Source: Candidatus Aminicenantes bacterium UBA1061
GTDB taxonomy: Bacteria > Acidobacteriota > Aminicenantia > Aminicenantales > Saccharicenantaceae
Direction: 5' to 3'
NCBI GenBank assembly: GCA_002316315.1
Contig: DCDG01000018.1
Coordinates: 56,074 to 120,073 of the forward strand
DNA length: 64,000 nt
Part shown: positions 1 to 10,921 of the stretch, in pieces
How the letters are laid out: the number at the start of each line of letters is the position of its first letter
How positions within the stretch are numbered: position 1 is the first letter of the stretch
Notes under the pieces: model-generated
Told to the model about the DNA's origin: nothing
What the model saw: only the letters and a program-made list of their open reading frames with translations
Database searches by the model: none
Position numbers and translations under genes: made by a program

Positions 1-58
1 TGATATTGAAAGCTCCTGAACTTTTCACTTCAAGGCCAGGGAAACCGGTCCCCTGCTT

Positions 59-2134
59 TTAAGAGTTTTCTGACGAAAAAACAATTTGAGAATAATCAGC
101 CAGCTTGTCAATTAATGACTGAACCTGAGCCAGCAGAGCCAGGCGGTTATTTCTGATTTTTTTATCCTCGGCCATAACCAGAACCCGGTCAAAAAAGTTA
201 TTCAGTGGCGACTGAAGGCGGAATATTATTTTCTGGGCACCCGCAAAATCGCCCCTGGCCATCATTTCTTCAGCGTTCTTCTTGACAATATTTAAAGCTG
301 AATATAATTCCTTTTCTTCTTTTTCAGTCAGCCTGGTCGGGTCCAGCTTGGCTTTAGGCACATCCTTTAAAATATTTTTGACCCTCTTGACCATTAAAAT
401 AAACTGTTCAAAATTCCTGCTGGCTTTAAGGCTGCTCAGGGCTTTTATCCTGGCTTCAGTAAAATCAAGATAATCAAGGCCAGGAGCCAGAGCGGCATTG
501 ATCAGATCATAGCTATAACCTTTTTTTTCAAAAATAAACCGCACCCTGCCTTCAATTAGCCCAAGGCAGGCAGCTTTCACCTGTTCTTCAGTCAGAGTCA
601 ATTTTTTTTTGAAAAGAGAAACAGACTTGTCAATAAGCCGGCGGAGTGACAGATGAAATTTTTTATCCAGAATTATCCTGACTACACCCAGGGCGCTCCT
701 TCTTAATCCATATGGGTCTGATGAGCCACTGATATTATAACCGGTGCCACTTATACCAACCATGGTATCTATCCTGTCAGCCATGGATAAAATAGCTCCA
801 CCGGTTGAATCCGGTACGGGATCTTCCCAGCTTTCTGGCTGATAGTGTTCATAAATTGCCCGGCTAACTGTCTCTGGCCAGCCCTGCCGCTCGGCATATA
901 TTCCACCAATCTTACCCTGAAGTTCCGGGAATTCGCGGACCATCTCGGTCAGGAGGTCAGCTTTAGATAATCTTGCCGCCTCTATCAGGTCTTTTTTAAG
1001 ATTTCTCCAGCCGAGCCGCTCAGAAATATAGCTGACCAGTTCTTGTAATCTTGTCACTTTGTCGCCATAGCTGCCAAGTTTTTCCTGAAAAACGACCTCC
1101 GATAGCTGGTTTACCCGCTCTGACAGACTTATTTTCAGATCATTCTCCCAGAAAAATCTGGCGTCTTCCAGCCTGGCTTTCAGGACCCTCTCATTCCCCG
1201 AAACGATGTAATTTTTAGGATCAGAAGGAGCATCAGCAATACCGAGAAAATAAGGCAGTTGTTTTTTGCCTTTGACGACAGAAAAAAGCTGTTGCCCTTC
1301 CCTCATGGCTGTCGACAGGACTTCCAGCGGTAAACTTAAATAAGAGTCAGGAAAACTGCCCATGACAACCAGCGGATATTCAACATTCCATAGTAATCTT
1401 TCAAGGAGGCGATCATCGGGATAAACATGTGCTTTCAAACCGGTTAATTTTTCATAAAACTGGTCTAATATTCTCTGTTTTCTCTCCGCCGGGTCAACCA
1501 GCACAAAATTATCTTTTAATGCTTGGTAATACTCCTGGTAATTGCTAACAGCCAGTTTCAGGGGCGAATGTATAAAATGACCGGAAGTTTTATTTGAGGA
1601 CATCAACCCCTCTAAAGAAATCCTGACCACCTGCTGGTCAAAAAGGCAAAGCAGTCCCTTAATCGGCCGGGAAAACCGGAACGATTTATCTGCCCAGCGC
1701 ATCGTTTTCGGAAAGCTGAGCGAAGCTACCAGAGCAGGCAATTTATTCATTAAAATCTCCGGCGTAGACTTCCCTTTTTTTAATCTTTTAAGCCCGAGAT
1801 ATTCCCCCCGGGCAGTTTTAACAACCTGCAGTTCTTCTACAGAAACACCATGGGATCTGGCAAAACCGAAGGCTGCCTGGGTGAAGCTTCCATCAGAAGC
1901 TATGCCGGCTGACCGGGGCGGGCCAGTTACTATTTCTTCTTGATCTGGCTGGCCGGCACCAAGGTCAGCTACCAGAACCAGACGCCGACAGGTGCCAAGT
2001 ACTCTCAGTCCGGAGGCCTCAAGCCCTGAAGTCTTCATCTCCTGAGAGAACCTCTCTCCAAGTTGAGCCAGAGCCGCCATCACATGGGCAGAAGGTAATT
2101 CTTCCGTCATTATTTCCAGCAGGAATTCCATCAA
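59..2134 (-). CDS. glyS: Glycyl-tRNA synthetase beta subunit
   Basis: 691 aa ORF whose N-terminus ([14 protein letters not shown]...) and length match GlyS beta subunits. It overlaps the glyQ stop by 4 bp (ATGA), which indicates translational coupling. Confidence 0.85.
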   Translation of the reverse strand: MMEFLLEIMTEELPSAHVMAALAQLGERFSQEMKTSGLEASGLRVLGTCRRLVLVADLGAGQPDQEEIVTGPPRSAGIASDGSFTQAAFGFARSHGVSVEELQVVKTARGEYLGLKRLKKGKSTPEILMNKLPALVASLSFPKTMRWADKSFRFSRPIKGLLCLFDQQVVRISLEGLMSSNKTSGHFIHSPLKLAVSNYQEYYQALKDNFVLVDPAERKQRILDQFYEKLTGLKAHVYPDDRLLERLLWNVEYPLVVMGSFPDSYLSLPLEVLSTAMREGQQLFSVVKGKKQLPYFLGIADAPSDPKNYIVSGNERVLKARLEDARFFWENDLKISLSERVNQLSEVVFQEKLGSYGDKVTRLQELVSYISERLGWRNLKKDLIEAARLSKADLLTEMVREFPELQGKIGGIYAERQGWPETVSRAIYEHYQPESWEDPVPDSTGGAILSMADRIDTMVGISGTGYNISGSSDPYGLRRSALGVVRIILDKKFHLSLRRLIDKSVSLFKKKLTLTEEQVKAACLGLIEGRVRFIFEKKGYSYDLINAALAPGLDYLDFTEARIKALSSLKASRNFEQFILMVKRVKNILKDVPKAKLDPTRLTEKEEKELYSALNIVKKNAEEMMARGDFAGAQKIIFRLQSPLNNFFDRVLVMAEDKKIRNNRLALLAQVQSLIDKLADYSQIVFSSENS

Positions 2135-2979
2135 TTTTCTCCTTCCTGATCAGCATAGAGACGGGCTATCTGGTTGACCAGAGTCCTGATCTGCCCAATC
2201 ATTTTAACTCTTTCGGTCACACTGATGGCTTTCCTGGCATCGAGCAGATTGAACAGGTGCGAACATTTCAGGCAATAATCATAGGCAGGTAGTAACAGCT
2301 GCTGGCCGATCAGTCGTCGGGCTTCTTTTTCAGCTGCATAAAAAGAAGCTTGTAGCATGTTGACGTCGGCTTGCTCAAAATTATAGATGGAAAATTCTCT
2401 TTCTTCTCGGAAGCGGAGCGCATGATAATTAACATCATCCGACCATTTCAGGTCATAAATGTTGTCCTTTTGTTCCAAAAACATTTCCAGCCTTTCCAGC
2501 CCATAGGTAATCTCCACCGAAACCGGGAAAAGCTCCAGTCCGCCAGCCTGCTGAAAATAAGTAAACTGGGTAATTTCCAGCCCATCCAGCATAACCTGCC
2601 AGCCAACTCCCCAGGCTCCAATAGTCGGGGATTCCCAGTCATCCTCATCAAATCTCAGGTCATGCTCAGATAAATTAATCCCCAGCGAGACCAGGCTATC
2701 CAGATAAATTCTCTGAATATTAAGGGGCGACGGTTTCATAATCACCTGGAATTGAAAATGCTTCTGAACGCGGTGGGGATTTTCACCGTAACGTCCATCA
2801 GTCGGACGCCGCGAGGGCTGAACATAAGCTACACGCCAGGGCTTCTGGCCAAGGACACGGAAAAAAGTATCAGGAGTCATCGTCCCGGCACCAACTTCCA
2901 GATCATAGCTGGATGCCAGATAACAACCCTGCCCTGCCCAAAAATCATACAATCTTAGGAATAGTCTTTGCATACTCAC
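2131..2979 (-). CDS. glyQ: Glycyl-tRNA synthetase alpha subunit
   Basis: 282 aa ORF. Its N-terminal region ([15 protein letters not shown]..., [11 protein letters not shown]) is typical of GlyQ. Confidence 0.85.
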   Translation of the reverse strand: MSMQRLFLRLYDFWAGQGCYLASSYDLEVGAGTMTPDTFFRVLGQKPWRVAYVQPSRRPTDGRYGENPHRVQKHFQFQVIMKPSPLNIQRIYLDSLVSLGINLSEHDLRFDEDDWESPTIGAWGVGWQVMLDGLEITQFTYFQQAGGLELFPVSVEITYGLERLEMFLEQKDNIYDLKWSDDVNYHALRFREEREFSIYNFEQADVNMLQASFYAAEKEARRLIGQQLLLPAYDYCLKCSHLFNLLDARKAISVTERVKMIGQIRTLVNQIARLYADQEGEN

Positions 2980-3057
2980 CGTTTTATTTCCTTCAACTGT
3001 CAGTAATATGTCTAGTCTGTATTTTTAATCAGTCATCAAAGCAAATAAACTTGTATT

Positions 3058-4512
3058 TTATTTCTCCCATCTTAAAATCGGATTACGGGCAGCCTGAACT
3101 TCATCCAGCCGGCGGACATAGGTGACATGAGGCGCCGTCTTCAGCAGTTCGGGATTTTCCTTAGCCTCCCGAGCAATGGCTTTCATAGCTTCGATAAAGA
3201 GGTCAAGGTCTCGCCTGCTTTCTGTTTCCGTCGGCTCAATCATCAGGGCTCCATGGACAATCAGTGGAAAGGACATGGTCGGCGGATGCAGACCATAATC
3301 AAGAAGGCGCTTGGAGATATCGAGGTTGGTCACCCCATACTCTCTTTGATGCTTATCAGAAAAAACACATTCGTGGAGAGTGGGCGCATCATATTTTAAA
3401 TCATACAGCCCTTCCAGATTTTTTCTGATGTAATTGGAGTTAAGCACGGCTATCTCGGCCATCTCCTTTATTCCCTCCGGGCCGAGGGTCAAAATATAAG
3501 CCAGAGCTTTGAGAGCTACCAGGAACTGACCATAAAAGCTTCTAACCCGGCCAATGCTCCGGGGCCGCTGGTAATTTAAATGATAGAAACTATCCTTTTC
3601 TTCTATGACCGGAACCGGTAAAAATGGCTCCAGAATTTTTGTTACAGCAACCGGTCCCGAGCCCGGGCCACCTCCACCATGAGGAGTGGAGAAGGTCTTG
3701 TGAAGATTAAGATGCATTACATCAACTTTCATATCGCCAGGCCTGGTGATACCCGCCAGGGCATTCATATTAGCCCCATCCATATAAAGGAAACCACCCT
3801 TAGAATGAACAATATCCGCAATCTGGCAGATATCTGACTCAAAAACTCCCAGAGTATTCGGATTGGTCAGCATCAGAGCAGCCACTTCTTCATCCATTAA
3901 CCTGGCCAGATCCTCCAACGAAATCGTGCCATGGTCGTTGGATTTAATTTCTTTGACTGTATAGCCACAGATATGAGCTGAGGAAGGATTTGTTCCGTGT
4001 GCCGAGTCTGGAATGAGGACATATTTTCTCGGGTGGCCCTGAGCTTCGTGACAGGCTCTAATCATCATCATACCGGTCAGCTCTCCATGGGCCCCGGCAG
4101 CTGGCTGAAGAGTGATGGCCTCCATACCGGTGATTTCCAGCAGAAGGTTTTCAAGCAATTTCATCAGTTCGAGATTTCCCTGGACAAGTCCCTCTGGAGC
4201 TAAAGGATGGGTTTGAGTAAAGCCCGGAAGTGAAGCTATTTTTTCATTGATCTTAGGATTGTATTTCATCGTGCAAGACCCTAAAGGATAAATGCCAAAA
4301 TCCACGCAGTAATTCGTCTGGGAAAGCCGGGTAAAATGGCGGCTGATTTCAGTTTCTGAAACCTCAGGGAAACCATCAATATCTTCTCTGAGCGCAACTC
4401 CGGCCAGAACATCCTTTTGACCGGGGACATCCGGCTCTGGAACCTTAAAGGCGGTCTTGCCGGGTGAACTTATTTCAAAAATGAGCGGTTCGCGAATGAC
4501 ATTAATCATCAT
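3058..4512 (-). CDS. gcvPB: Glycine dehydrogenase (decarboxylating) subunit 2
   Basis: 484 aa. Carries the PLP-site region NLHKTFSTPHGGGGPGSGP characteristic of GcvPB. Overlaps gcvPA by 4 bp. Confidence 0.85.
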   Translation of the reverse strand: MMINVIREPLIFEISSPGKTAFKVPEPDVPGQKDVLAGVALREDIDGFPEVSETEISRHFTRLSQTNYCVDFGIYPLGSCTMKYNPKINEKIASLPGFTQTHPLAPEGLVQGNLELMKLLENLLLEITGMEAITLQPAAGAHGELTGMMMIRACHEAQGHPRKYVLIPDSAHGTNPSSAHICGYTVKEIKSNDHGTISLEDLARLMDEEVAALMLTNPNTLGVFESDICQIADIVHSKGGFLYMDGANMNALAGITRPGDMKVDVMHLNLHKTFSTPHGGGGPGSGPVAVTKILEPFLPVPVIEEKDSFYHLNYQRPRSIGRVRSFYGQFLVALKALAYILTLGPEGIKEMAEIAVLNSNYIRKNLEGLYDLKYDAPTLHECVFSDKHQREYGVTNLDISKRLLDYGLHPPTMSFPLIVHGALMIEPTETESRRDLDLFIEAMKAIAREAKENPELLKTAPHVTYVRRLDEVQAARNPILRWEK

Positions 4513-5849
4513 AATACCTCCTTGAGGGCCTGGACGTAGAGATCAATTTTTTCCCGGCTGTGTTTTTCGGTGACAGTAATCAAGGCGCAATTCTCAAGGC
4601 CAGGAAACTCCTTCAGGCTCAGCCCGCCCAGAATCCCTCTGGCTTCAAGCTTCTGACCGACGATCTCAAAGCTATCAGGGAATTCCAGAACAAATTCATT
4701 AAAAACTTCCCCGCTAAATTTTGATTTAATGCCGGGGATCAAGGTTAGCTGCTCGCGGGCATAGGCAGCTTTCTGCACATTGAGCCAGGCCAGGTCCCTG
4801 AGGCCTGTCCGGCCAAGGGTTTCGAGATAGATGGTTGCCCGGAGAGCACAGTGTCCTTCATTAGTACATATATTAGAGGTAGCCTTTTCCCTTCTGATAT
4901 GCTGTTCACGAGTGGAGAGAGTGAGAACAAATCCGCGGCGGCCTTCGGCGTCAACTGTCTGGCCGACAATCCTGCCCGGCAGCTGCCGGACAAATTCCTT
5001 TTTACAGGCCATAAAACCTAAATAGGGGCCTCCATAACTTAGAGGCAGGCCAAAAGACTGGCCCTCCCCGGTAACAATATCTGCTCCTAATTTTCCCGGT
5101 GCTTCCAGCAAACCCAATGATAAGGGCTCAGAAATAGCCACCGCCAGCATGGCCCCCTGATGGTGGACAGCCTTAGATAGAGATTCAATATCCTCTATCA
5201 CCCCAAAATAATTCGGCGACTGGCAGAGCAGGACAGCTGTCCCATCATTTAGAGCTGCCTCCAGCCCCCTGGCTTCAATCCGGCCCCGCTGGTCATAAGG
5301 CAGCTCAACGATTTCCAGCCCCAGGTTCTTACCATAAGTATAAATTACCTGCCGGTACTGAGGATTAACCGTTGAGGCCACTAGTAATCTTTTTCTGTCT
5401 TTTACCCGGTGAGCCATCAAAACGGCCTCGGCCGCACCAGTCGCCCCGTCATAGAGCGAGGCATTGGCAATTTCCAGGCCGGTCAACTGGCAAATAAGCG
5501 TCTGATATTCAAATATAACCTGAAGAGTTCCCTGACTGACTTCAGGCTGGTAAGGCGTATAAGGTGAAATAAATTCGCTCCTCGAACTTAAATAATCAAC
5601 AACGGCCGGTATAAAATGATCGTAGGCACCTCCTCCCAGGAAAGAGATATATTGATCATATAAATTTTTTCGACTTCTCTCTTCGAAATAGTCAAGAAGT
5701 TCTGGCTCTGATTTAGCTGCCGGTAAATTCAGGAGGTTCTTTAGCCGGTTTTCTTCCGGGATCGAGTTAAAGAGTTTTTCAGCCGAATCGAGGCCCAGGC
5801 GGGCCAGCATTTCCTGCCGGTCGTCGTTACTAATAGGAATATAACTCAT
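4509..5849 (-). CDS. gcvPA: Glycine dehydrogenase (decarboxylating) subunit 1
   Basis: 446 aa. The N-terminal P-protein half resembles GcvPA, and the gene sits directly upstream of gcvPB. Confidence 0.8.
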   Translation of the reverse strand: MSYIPISNDDRQEMLARLGLDSAEKLFNSIPEENRLKNLLNLPAAKSEPELLDYFEERSRKNLYDQYISFLGGGAYDHFIPAVVDYLSSRSEFISPYTPYQPEVSQGTLQVIFEYQTLICQLTGLEIANASLYDGATGAAEAVLMAHRVKDRKRLLVASTVNPQYRQVIYTYGKNLGLEIVELPYDQRGRIEARGLEAALNDGTAVLLCQSPNYFGVIEDIESLSKAVHHQGAMLAVAISEPLSLGLLEAPGKLGADIVTGEGQSFGLPLSYGGPYLGFMACKKEFVRQLPGRIVGQTVDAEGRRGFVLTLSTREQHIRREKATSNICTNEGHCALRATIYLETLGRTGLRDLAWLNVQKAAYAREQLTLIPGIKSKFSGEVFNEFVLEFPDSFEIVGQKLEARGILGGLSLKEFPGLENCALITVTEKHSREKIDLYVQALKEVL

Positions 5850-5893
5850 TGTTACCCCCGTAAAAAAATAATCCAGCCCGCAGACTGGTAATT

Positions 5894-6304
5894 TTATTTC
5901 TCCAGACCCTCCAGATACTTTTCGTAATCGGCGGCCTTCATCAGATTATTAAGTTCTGATTTATCCTTTAGTTTTAATCTTAAAATCCAGCCCTGGCCAT
6001 GCGGGTCGCTATTAATCAGCTCAGGCGTTTGAGCCAGATCCTGGTTAACCTGAACAACTTCTCCTGTTACCGGTGAATAAATATCAGAAACAGATTTAAC
6101 CGACTCAACCGTAGCCAACGTCTGATGAGCCTCAACGGCTTTACCACTATCAGGCAGATCAACATAAATTATATCGCCCAGCTGCTTTTGAGCAAAATCG
6201 GTGATACCAAGGATGGCTTCCTCGCCCTCAACTTTTAACCATTCATGGTCTTGACTGTAATAAAGATTCTCAGGGTACATCATATCCTCCTTTTTTATTT
6301 TCAC
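5894..6304 (-). CDS. gcvH: Glycine cleavage system H protein
   Basis: 136 aa. Lipoyl-lysine motif VESVKSVSD. Located between gcvT and gcvPA. Confidence 0.85.
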   Translation of the reverse strand: MKIKKEDMMYPENLYYSQDHEWLKVEGEEAILGITDFAQKQLGDIIYVDLPDSGKAVEAHQTLATVESVKSVSDIYSPVTGEVVQVNQDLAQTPELINSDPHGQGWILRLKLKDKSELNNLMKAADYEKYLEGLEK

Positions 6305-6318
6305 TGTTTTTATTAAAT

Positions 6319-7428
6319 TTATTTCTTTTCCCTTTTATAAAACGGGGTGGGCACAATTCTGGCTTTAGCCATTTTATCCCGGATGCCAATTTCAAATTCT
6401 GTTCCAATTGCCGTAAACTCTATAGGCAGATAAACCAGCCCGATAGCTTTCTTAACAAAGGGGCCATAACTGCCAGAGCAGACTTCAGATACTTTTTGCC
6501 CGCCAATATAGACCGGATAATGGGGACGAGCAATGCCCTTATCGACCACTTCAAAGCCAACCAGCTTTCTCTTTAAACCCTCTGCCTGCTGTTTTTCAAG
6601 AGCTGCTTTGCCCAGAAAATCACCTTTTTGAAATTTAACAATCCATTTCAGATCAGCTTCCAGGACAGTCGTTTTATCACTGATATCATTCCCATAAAGC
6701 ATCAGTTTAGCCTCAAGTCTTAATGTGTCTCTGGCTCCCAACCCCACCGGCTGCAAGCCCAGAGATTCACCTCTGGCCACAATCGCTTTCCAGATAACAT
6801 CCGGGGTTTCTGATAAGGTATAGATTTCAAAGCCATCTTCGCCCGTATAACCCGTCCGTGACACCAGGGAATCATTTCCAGCCACCTGGCCATAGGCATA
6901 GTGGAAGGTTTTTATCTGACTCAAGTCGAGCTCAGTCAAAGGCTGCAGAATGTCCTGAGCCAGCGGTCCCTGGAGAGCCAGCTGAGAATAGCGATTGCTC
7001 TCATTGATTACCTGGGCCTTAAAGCCGGCGCCCTTTTCTTTGACCCAAGCAAAATCCTTATCGGTGTTAGCGGCATTGACTACCAGTAGATATTTATCAG
7101 GGACTGACAGGCAATAAACCAGCAAATCATCAACAAAGGTTCCCTCCGGCGTGGTCAGAGCAGAATACTGAATCTGACCGGGAAGAAGCTTGCTGGCATC
7201 ATTCGGGGTAAGATATTGAACCAGAGCTAAAGCCTCCGGGCCATCAACAATTATTTCACCCATATGGCTAACATCAAATAAGCCAGCTTTCGTTCTGACC
7301 GCTAAATGCTCATCAATTAAGCCGCGATATTCCACCGGCATTTCCCAGCCAGCGAATTCAATTAGCCGGGCCCCAGCTTCTCTATGAACCTGATTTAACC
7401 TGGTTTTTTTCATGCTGATTCCTTTCAA
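6319..7428 (-). CDS. gcvT: Aminomethyltransferase (glycine cleavage T protein)
   Basis: 369 aa. GcvT-like sequence. It is the first gene of the gcv-glyQS operon and is preceded by a leader of roughly 370 nt. Confidence 0.8.
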   Translation of the reverse strand: MKGISMKKTRLNQVHREAGARLIEFAGWEMPVEYRGLIDEHLAVRTKAGLFDVSHMGEIIVDGPEALALVQYLTPNDASKLLPGQIQYSALTTPEGTFVDDLLVYCLSVPDKYLLVVNAANTDKDFAWVKEKGAGFKAQVINESNRYSQLALQGPLAQDILQPLTELDLSQIKTFHYAYGQVAGNDSLVSRTGYTGEDGFEIYTLSETPDVIWKAIVARGESLGLQPVGLGARDTLRLEAKLMLYGNDISDKTTVLEADLKWIVKFQKGDFLGKAALEKQQAEGLKRKLVGFEVVDKGIARPHYPVYIGGQKVSEVCSGSYGPFVKKAIGLVYLPIEFTAIGTEFEIGIRDKMAKARIVPTPFYKREKK

Positions 7429-7796
7429 AATTAAAACATTTGATGAGCTTATTTAGTATCATAAATTGATACTCTGTTTCAAGTATTACTCTTGTCTACC
7501 GTTTCATTAGATCGCTGCTTGCCCTAAGCACCCTATTCTATCGGCTCTGCTAGTACCTCGAGCCTGCCTTGACTCTAATCGAGGATTGGACCTACCTAAG
7601 CTAATGCATTCATACTCACCTGCTCATTGCCCTCAGCATCCAAGGAGGAATAAGAGCGAACAGTCCCGGGTTTTTTTAAACATTACAGATGAATAACCAG
7701 GCTTTTATAAATCAGAAAGTATAACTTTTTCCTCTTTTTCCCCTTTATATCAAGCTAATGGAGTTATCAAAAATGCCTAAGATCATCGCTGATTAA

Positions 7797-8640
7797 AGAA
7801 ACTTAACCTTCCAGATGGTCTTATACCTCTCGACAATTTGAAACCCCTCTTTGTTCTCTTCTATCATATACGTTCTGCCGCTCTTACATACCTGCAGAGA
7901 CCAGCTGAGCGGGATTTTCGCCATGTACCTGCCTTCGGGATCGAAGACATCATAGTAAAAAGCGTTGGCAGCTTTTGCTCTGTTCCATGTTTTAACATAT
8001 ATCAGGCCTTGATCATCAACTACAAATCCAGAAAAGGCAGGATGGAACCTGGAAAGCTCAACGTTCTTAGAGTAAGGAAACTTTTTCAGAGCTTCCTTTT
8101 TCTCCCCGCCACTTATTTCTATGGGAACATAATCTTTGAGTATCCTTTTTGTCAGTTGCCACTCTGAATTAAATATTGCTATTTCGTAATTCTTGTTATA
8201 ACCAAGATACAGATTGCCATTTTCAGCCAGCCGCCAGTCAGCGTAAGGAAGAAAAGTATTAAAAATATTAGCTGGCTCTGAAGTATCAAGTACCTAGAGA
8301 AAATTCTGATTATGGCCAAAAATTTTGATTTCAGTAATTGCTTCCAGGTTTTCAAGGCGGTAAGTGCTGGCGATAATATTTCCCTTGGCGTCAAGTAGTA
8401 ACCCGGTGGCAGGAATTTTGTCAGTTAATAAGACTCGTAAGAACTTTCCTTCCGAACCTGGCCAGAAAAATGCAGGAATAACCTTGCCAAAAAACTCAGT
8501 ATATAATTGGCAATCTTATTTAGGAGGTTCCTCTTGGGCAAAGTCCATTTTGCTCTTAAGATCCGCTATTTCCCAAGCCAAAAGACAAACAATAATCAAG
8601 AACACGCCCTGGATGATTGAATCAAAACGCTTCATAGATC
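7797..8640 (-). pseudogene. Disrupted paralog of the NHL-repeat/6-bladed propeller secreted protein family
   Basis: Minus-strand translation gives a signal-peptide start (MKRFDSIIQGVFLIIVCLLAWE...) followed by a stop. Downstream frames encode a C-terminal segment (...FYYDVFDPEGRYMAKIPLSW...GRTYMIEENKEGFQ) resembling the C-termini of the intact paralogs at 37-61 kb. No long intact ORF exists in the track here, only fragments. Confidence 0.55.
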
Positions 8641-8867
8641 TAACTTGCCGGATATATGACACCAGCAATCTCAGTAGTTTGATTTGATCTGAAATTGGCC
8701 TTTAGACTAAGGCCGGTTATTTTTGCCGATCCATATTCCGATTCCGGTGCATTGTCAATCTAGTAGAATTTATCTGAAAGACAGGTTATTTCTCCTGGGA
8801 TTTTTATGCCATAAAATAAAAGACTGCCTTTTAGATCAAAAATATCCAAGCAAAACCCTGGCGACTT

Positions 8868-10862
8868 TTGCGGGTCAAAGTGCAACTTGTTAGCCAAATA
8901 AATTTTGTTATAATTAGAATCACTATGTACCAGACCAAAAAGATACTGCGTGAAAAAATTGAAGACAGACTTAAGCTCGAATGGCCAGTTACAGCTGAGG
9001 ATATAGAGCTAACCAGCACGCCTGATGAAAAGCTGGGAGACCTGGCGCTATCTTTAGCTTTTCCCTTAGCCAGGAAACTCAGAACCAATCCCCGGACGAT
9101 AGCCGCCCGGGCAGTAGAATTATTGTCCGGGCTGGAAGGAGTTGAACGGATCGAAGTGGCCGGAGGCGGCTATATTAATCTTTTTCTTGACCGTCAATCA
9201 TTTTTCGATCAAAAATTCAAAAATTTAGATAGAAGCGGGCTGGAACCAGAAGAGAAAAAAATCATTGTTGAGCATACTAATATTAATCCTAACAAGGCAG
9301 CTCATGTCGGTCATTTGCGCAATGCCTGCCTGGGCGATACCTTAGCCAGATGCCTCCGTTATAAAGGTGAACAGGTTGAGGTTCAGAATTATATTGATGA
9401 CACCGGTGTGCAGGTGGTCGATGTCGTTTTCGGCTTGATTGAACTCGAGAAAAAAACCTTAGCTGAACTGGAAAAAATGACGGATAAATTTGATTATTAC
9501 TGCTGGGATCTTTATACCCGGGTTTCCCGCTATTTAGCCGACCATGAGTCAGCCAGAAACCGAAAGGCAGAAATACTTAAAAAAATTGAGCACGGCCAGT
9601 CACCAGAAGCTGATTATGCCTACTTTGTTTCGAGGCGAATTTTACGGGCACATCTAGCCACGATGAGCCGGTTAGATATTACCTATGATGTCCTCCCCTG
9701 TGAAAGCAGTATCCTAAGGCTGAAATTCTGGGAAAAAGCTTTTGCCAGGCTGAAAGAAGCTGGAGCCATCTATTATTCGACCGAAGGCGAAACAGCTGGC
9801 TGTTGGGTGATGAAACTTGAAGATAATGAAGAGCGGGAAAAGATTATCGTTCGGTCGGACGGCACACTGACCTATGTCGGCAAGGATATAGCCTATCAGC
9901 TCTGGAAATTTGGCCTGCTGGGCCAGGATTTTTATTATGAACCGTTCGCAACCACTGGAGACCGGACTATCTGGATTTCATCAGGTGAGCCGACTGACTA
10001 CGATGTTCATTTTGGCGGCGGAAGTCAGGTTTACAACGTGATTGACGTCCGTCAGTCTTATCTTCAGAAAGTCGTTGTCCAGGGACTAAGAGCGCTCGGT
10101 TATAAGCAGGAAGCTGCCAAGAGCATCCATTTTTCCTATGAGATGGTCGCCCTCTCCCCCCGCAGCCTGTCAGAAATAAAAGTAGAGCTGTCTGACGAAG
10201 ACAAAGAACGCACTTTTGTCGAGGTTTCGGGAAGAAAAGGTCTCGGGGTGAAAGCTGACGATTTAATAGACAGGCTGGAGGAAAAGGCACTGGCTGAGGT
10301 AGATAAAAGGAACCCTGACCTCAAGGAAGCCGCCAAAAAATTAATAGCCAGTCAAATTGCCGGGTCAGCAGTCAGGTATTTTATGCTGAAATATGCCAGA
10401 AATTCGCTGATCGTCTTTGATTTCGATGAAGCTCTGAATTTTGAGGGAGAAACCGGGCCTTATTTGCAGTATACCGCGGTCAGGCTAAAAAGCATTTTCC
10501 GAAAATTCGAAGAAAAAAAAGGAATGACGGGCCAGGAATTATTCACCAAAGTAGCTGACAGCCAATTCGATCTGAGTCAATTGAAGCCTGAAGAAGCCCG
10601 CGACTTCTGGGAACTGGTTGTCTACGGGTCTTTACTTGATGAAGAAGTTTTGAGAGCCATCGCTACACTGGAATTTGCCGGCCTGGCCAAGTTCACTTTT
10701 AACCTCTGCCAGAAAATAAATGGCTATTATCACCGTTACTCGGTCCTGGCTGAGCAAAATGAAAAGCTAAAAACCTTTAGATTGAAAACCATCTATTTCG
10801 CTCATCAAAGGCTCAACCAGGCTCTTGACCTACTTGGAATTCAGGTGCCGGATAAAATGTAA
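8868..10862 (+). CDS. argS: Arginyl-tRNA synthetase (class I; true start probably the internal Met at about 8925)
   Basis: HVGHLRNACLGDT matches the HIGH motif and YIDDTGVQ is typical of ArgS. The ORF is 664 aa. Confidence 0.7.
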   Translation: MRVKVQLVSQINFVIIRITMYQTKKILREKIEDRLKLEWPVTAEDIELTSTPDEKLGDLALSLAFPLARKLRTNPRTIAARAVELLSGLEGVERIEVAGGGYINLFLDRQSFFDQKFKNLDRSGLEPEEKKIIVEHTNINPNKAAHVGHLRNACLGDTLARCLRYKGEQVEVQNYIDDTGVQVVDVVFGLIELEKKTLAELEKMTDKFDYYCWDLYTRVSRYLADHESARNRKAEILKKIEHGQSPEADYAYFVSRRILRAHLATMSRLDITYDVLPCESSILRLKFWEKAFARLKEAGAIYYSTEGETAGCWVMKLEDNEEREKIIVRSDGTLTYVGKDIAYQLWKFGLLGQDFYYEPFATTGDRTIWISSGEPTDYDVHFGGGSQVYNVIDVRQSYLQKVVVQGLRALGYKQEAAKSIHFSYEMVALSPRSLSEIKVELSDEDKERTFVEVSGRKGLGVKADDLIDRLEEKALAEVDKRNPDLKEAAKKLIASQIAGSAVRYFMLKYARNSLIVFDFDEALNFEGETGPYLQYTAVRLKSIFRKFEEKKGMTGQELFTKVADSQFDLSQLKPEEARDFWELVVYGSLLDEEVLRAIATLEFAGLAKFTFNLCQKINGYYHRYSVLAEQNEKLKTFRLKTIYFAHQRLNQALDLLGIQVPDKM

Positions 10863-10921
10863 CTTTTTACCTCTATTAAAATTTTTTGATATGATTATCG
10901 AGATTATGGAGGAGGTGGCAG

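Noticed and set aside
2371-2958. Several 60-100 aa ORFs nested inside or antisense to glyQ, gcvP, dnaE2, the 20693 lipoprotein gene and others
   Set aside because: They lie entirely within well-supported longer genes on the opposite strand or in another frame, have low complexity and carry no motifs. They are typical overlapping spurious ORFs.
7429-7800. Glycine riboswitch in the gcvT leader
   Set aside because: The conserved aptamer cores (GGAGAG, ACCGAAGGGGCAA, CUCUGGAGAG) are not found in the minus-strand leader by eye. This would need a covariance-model search to settle, so it is recorded only as an open question.
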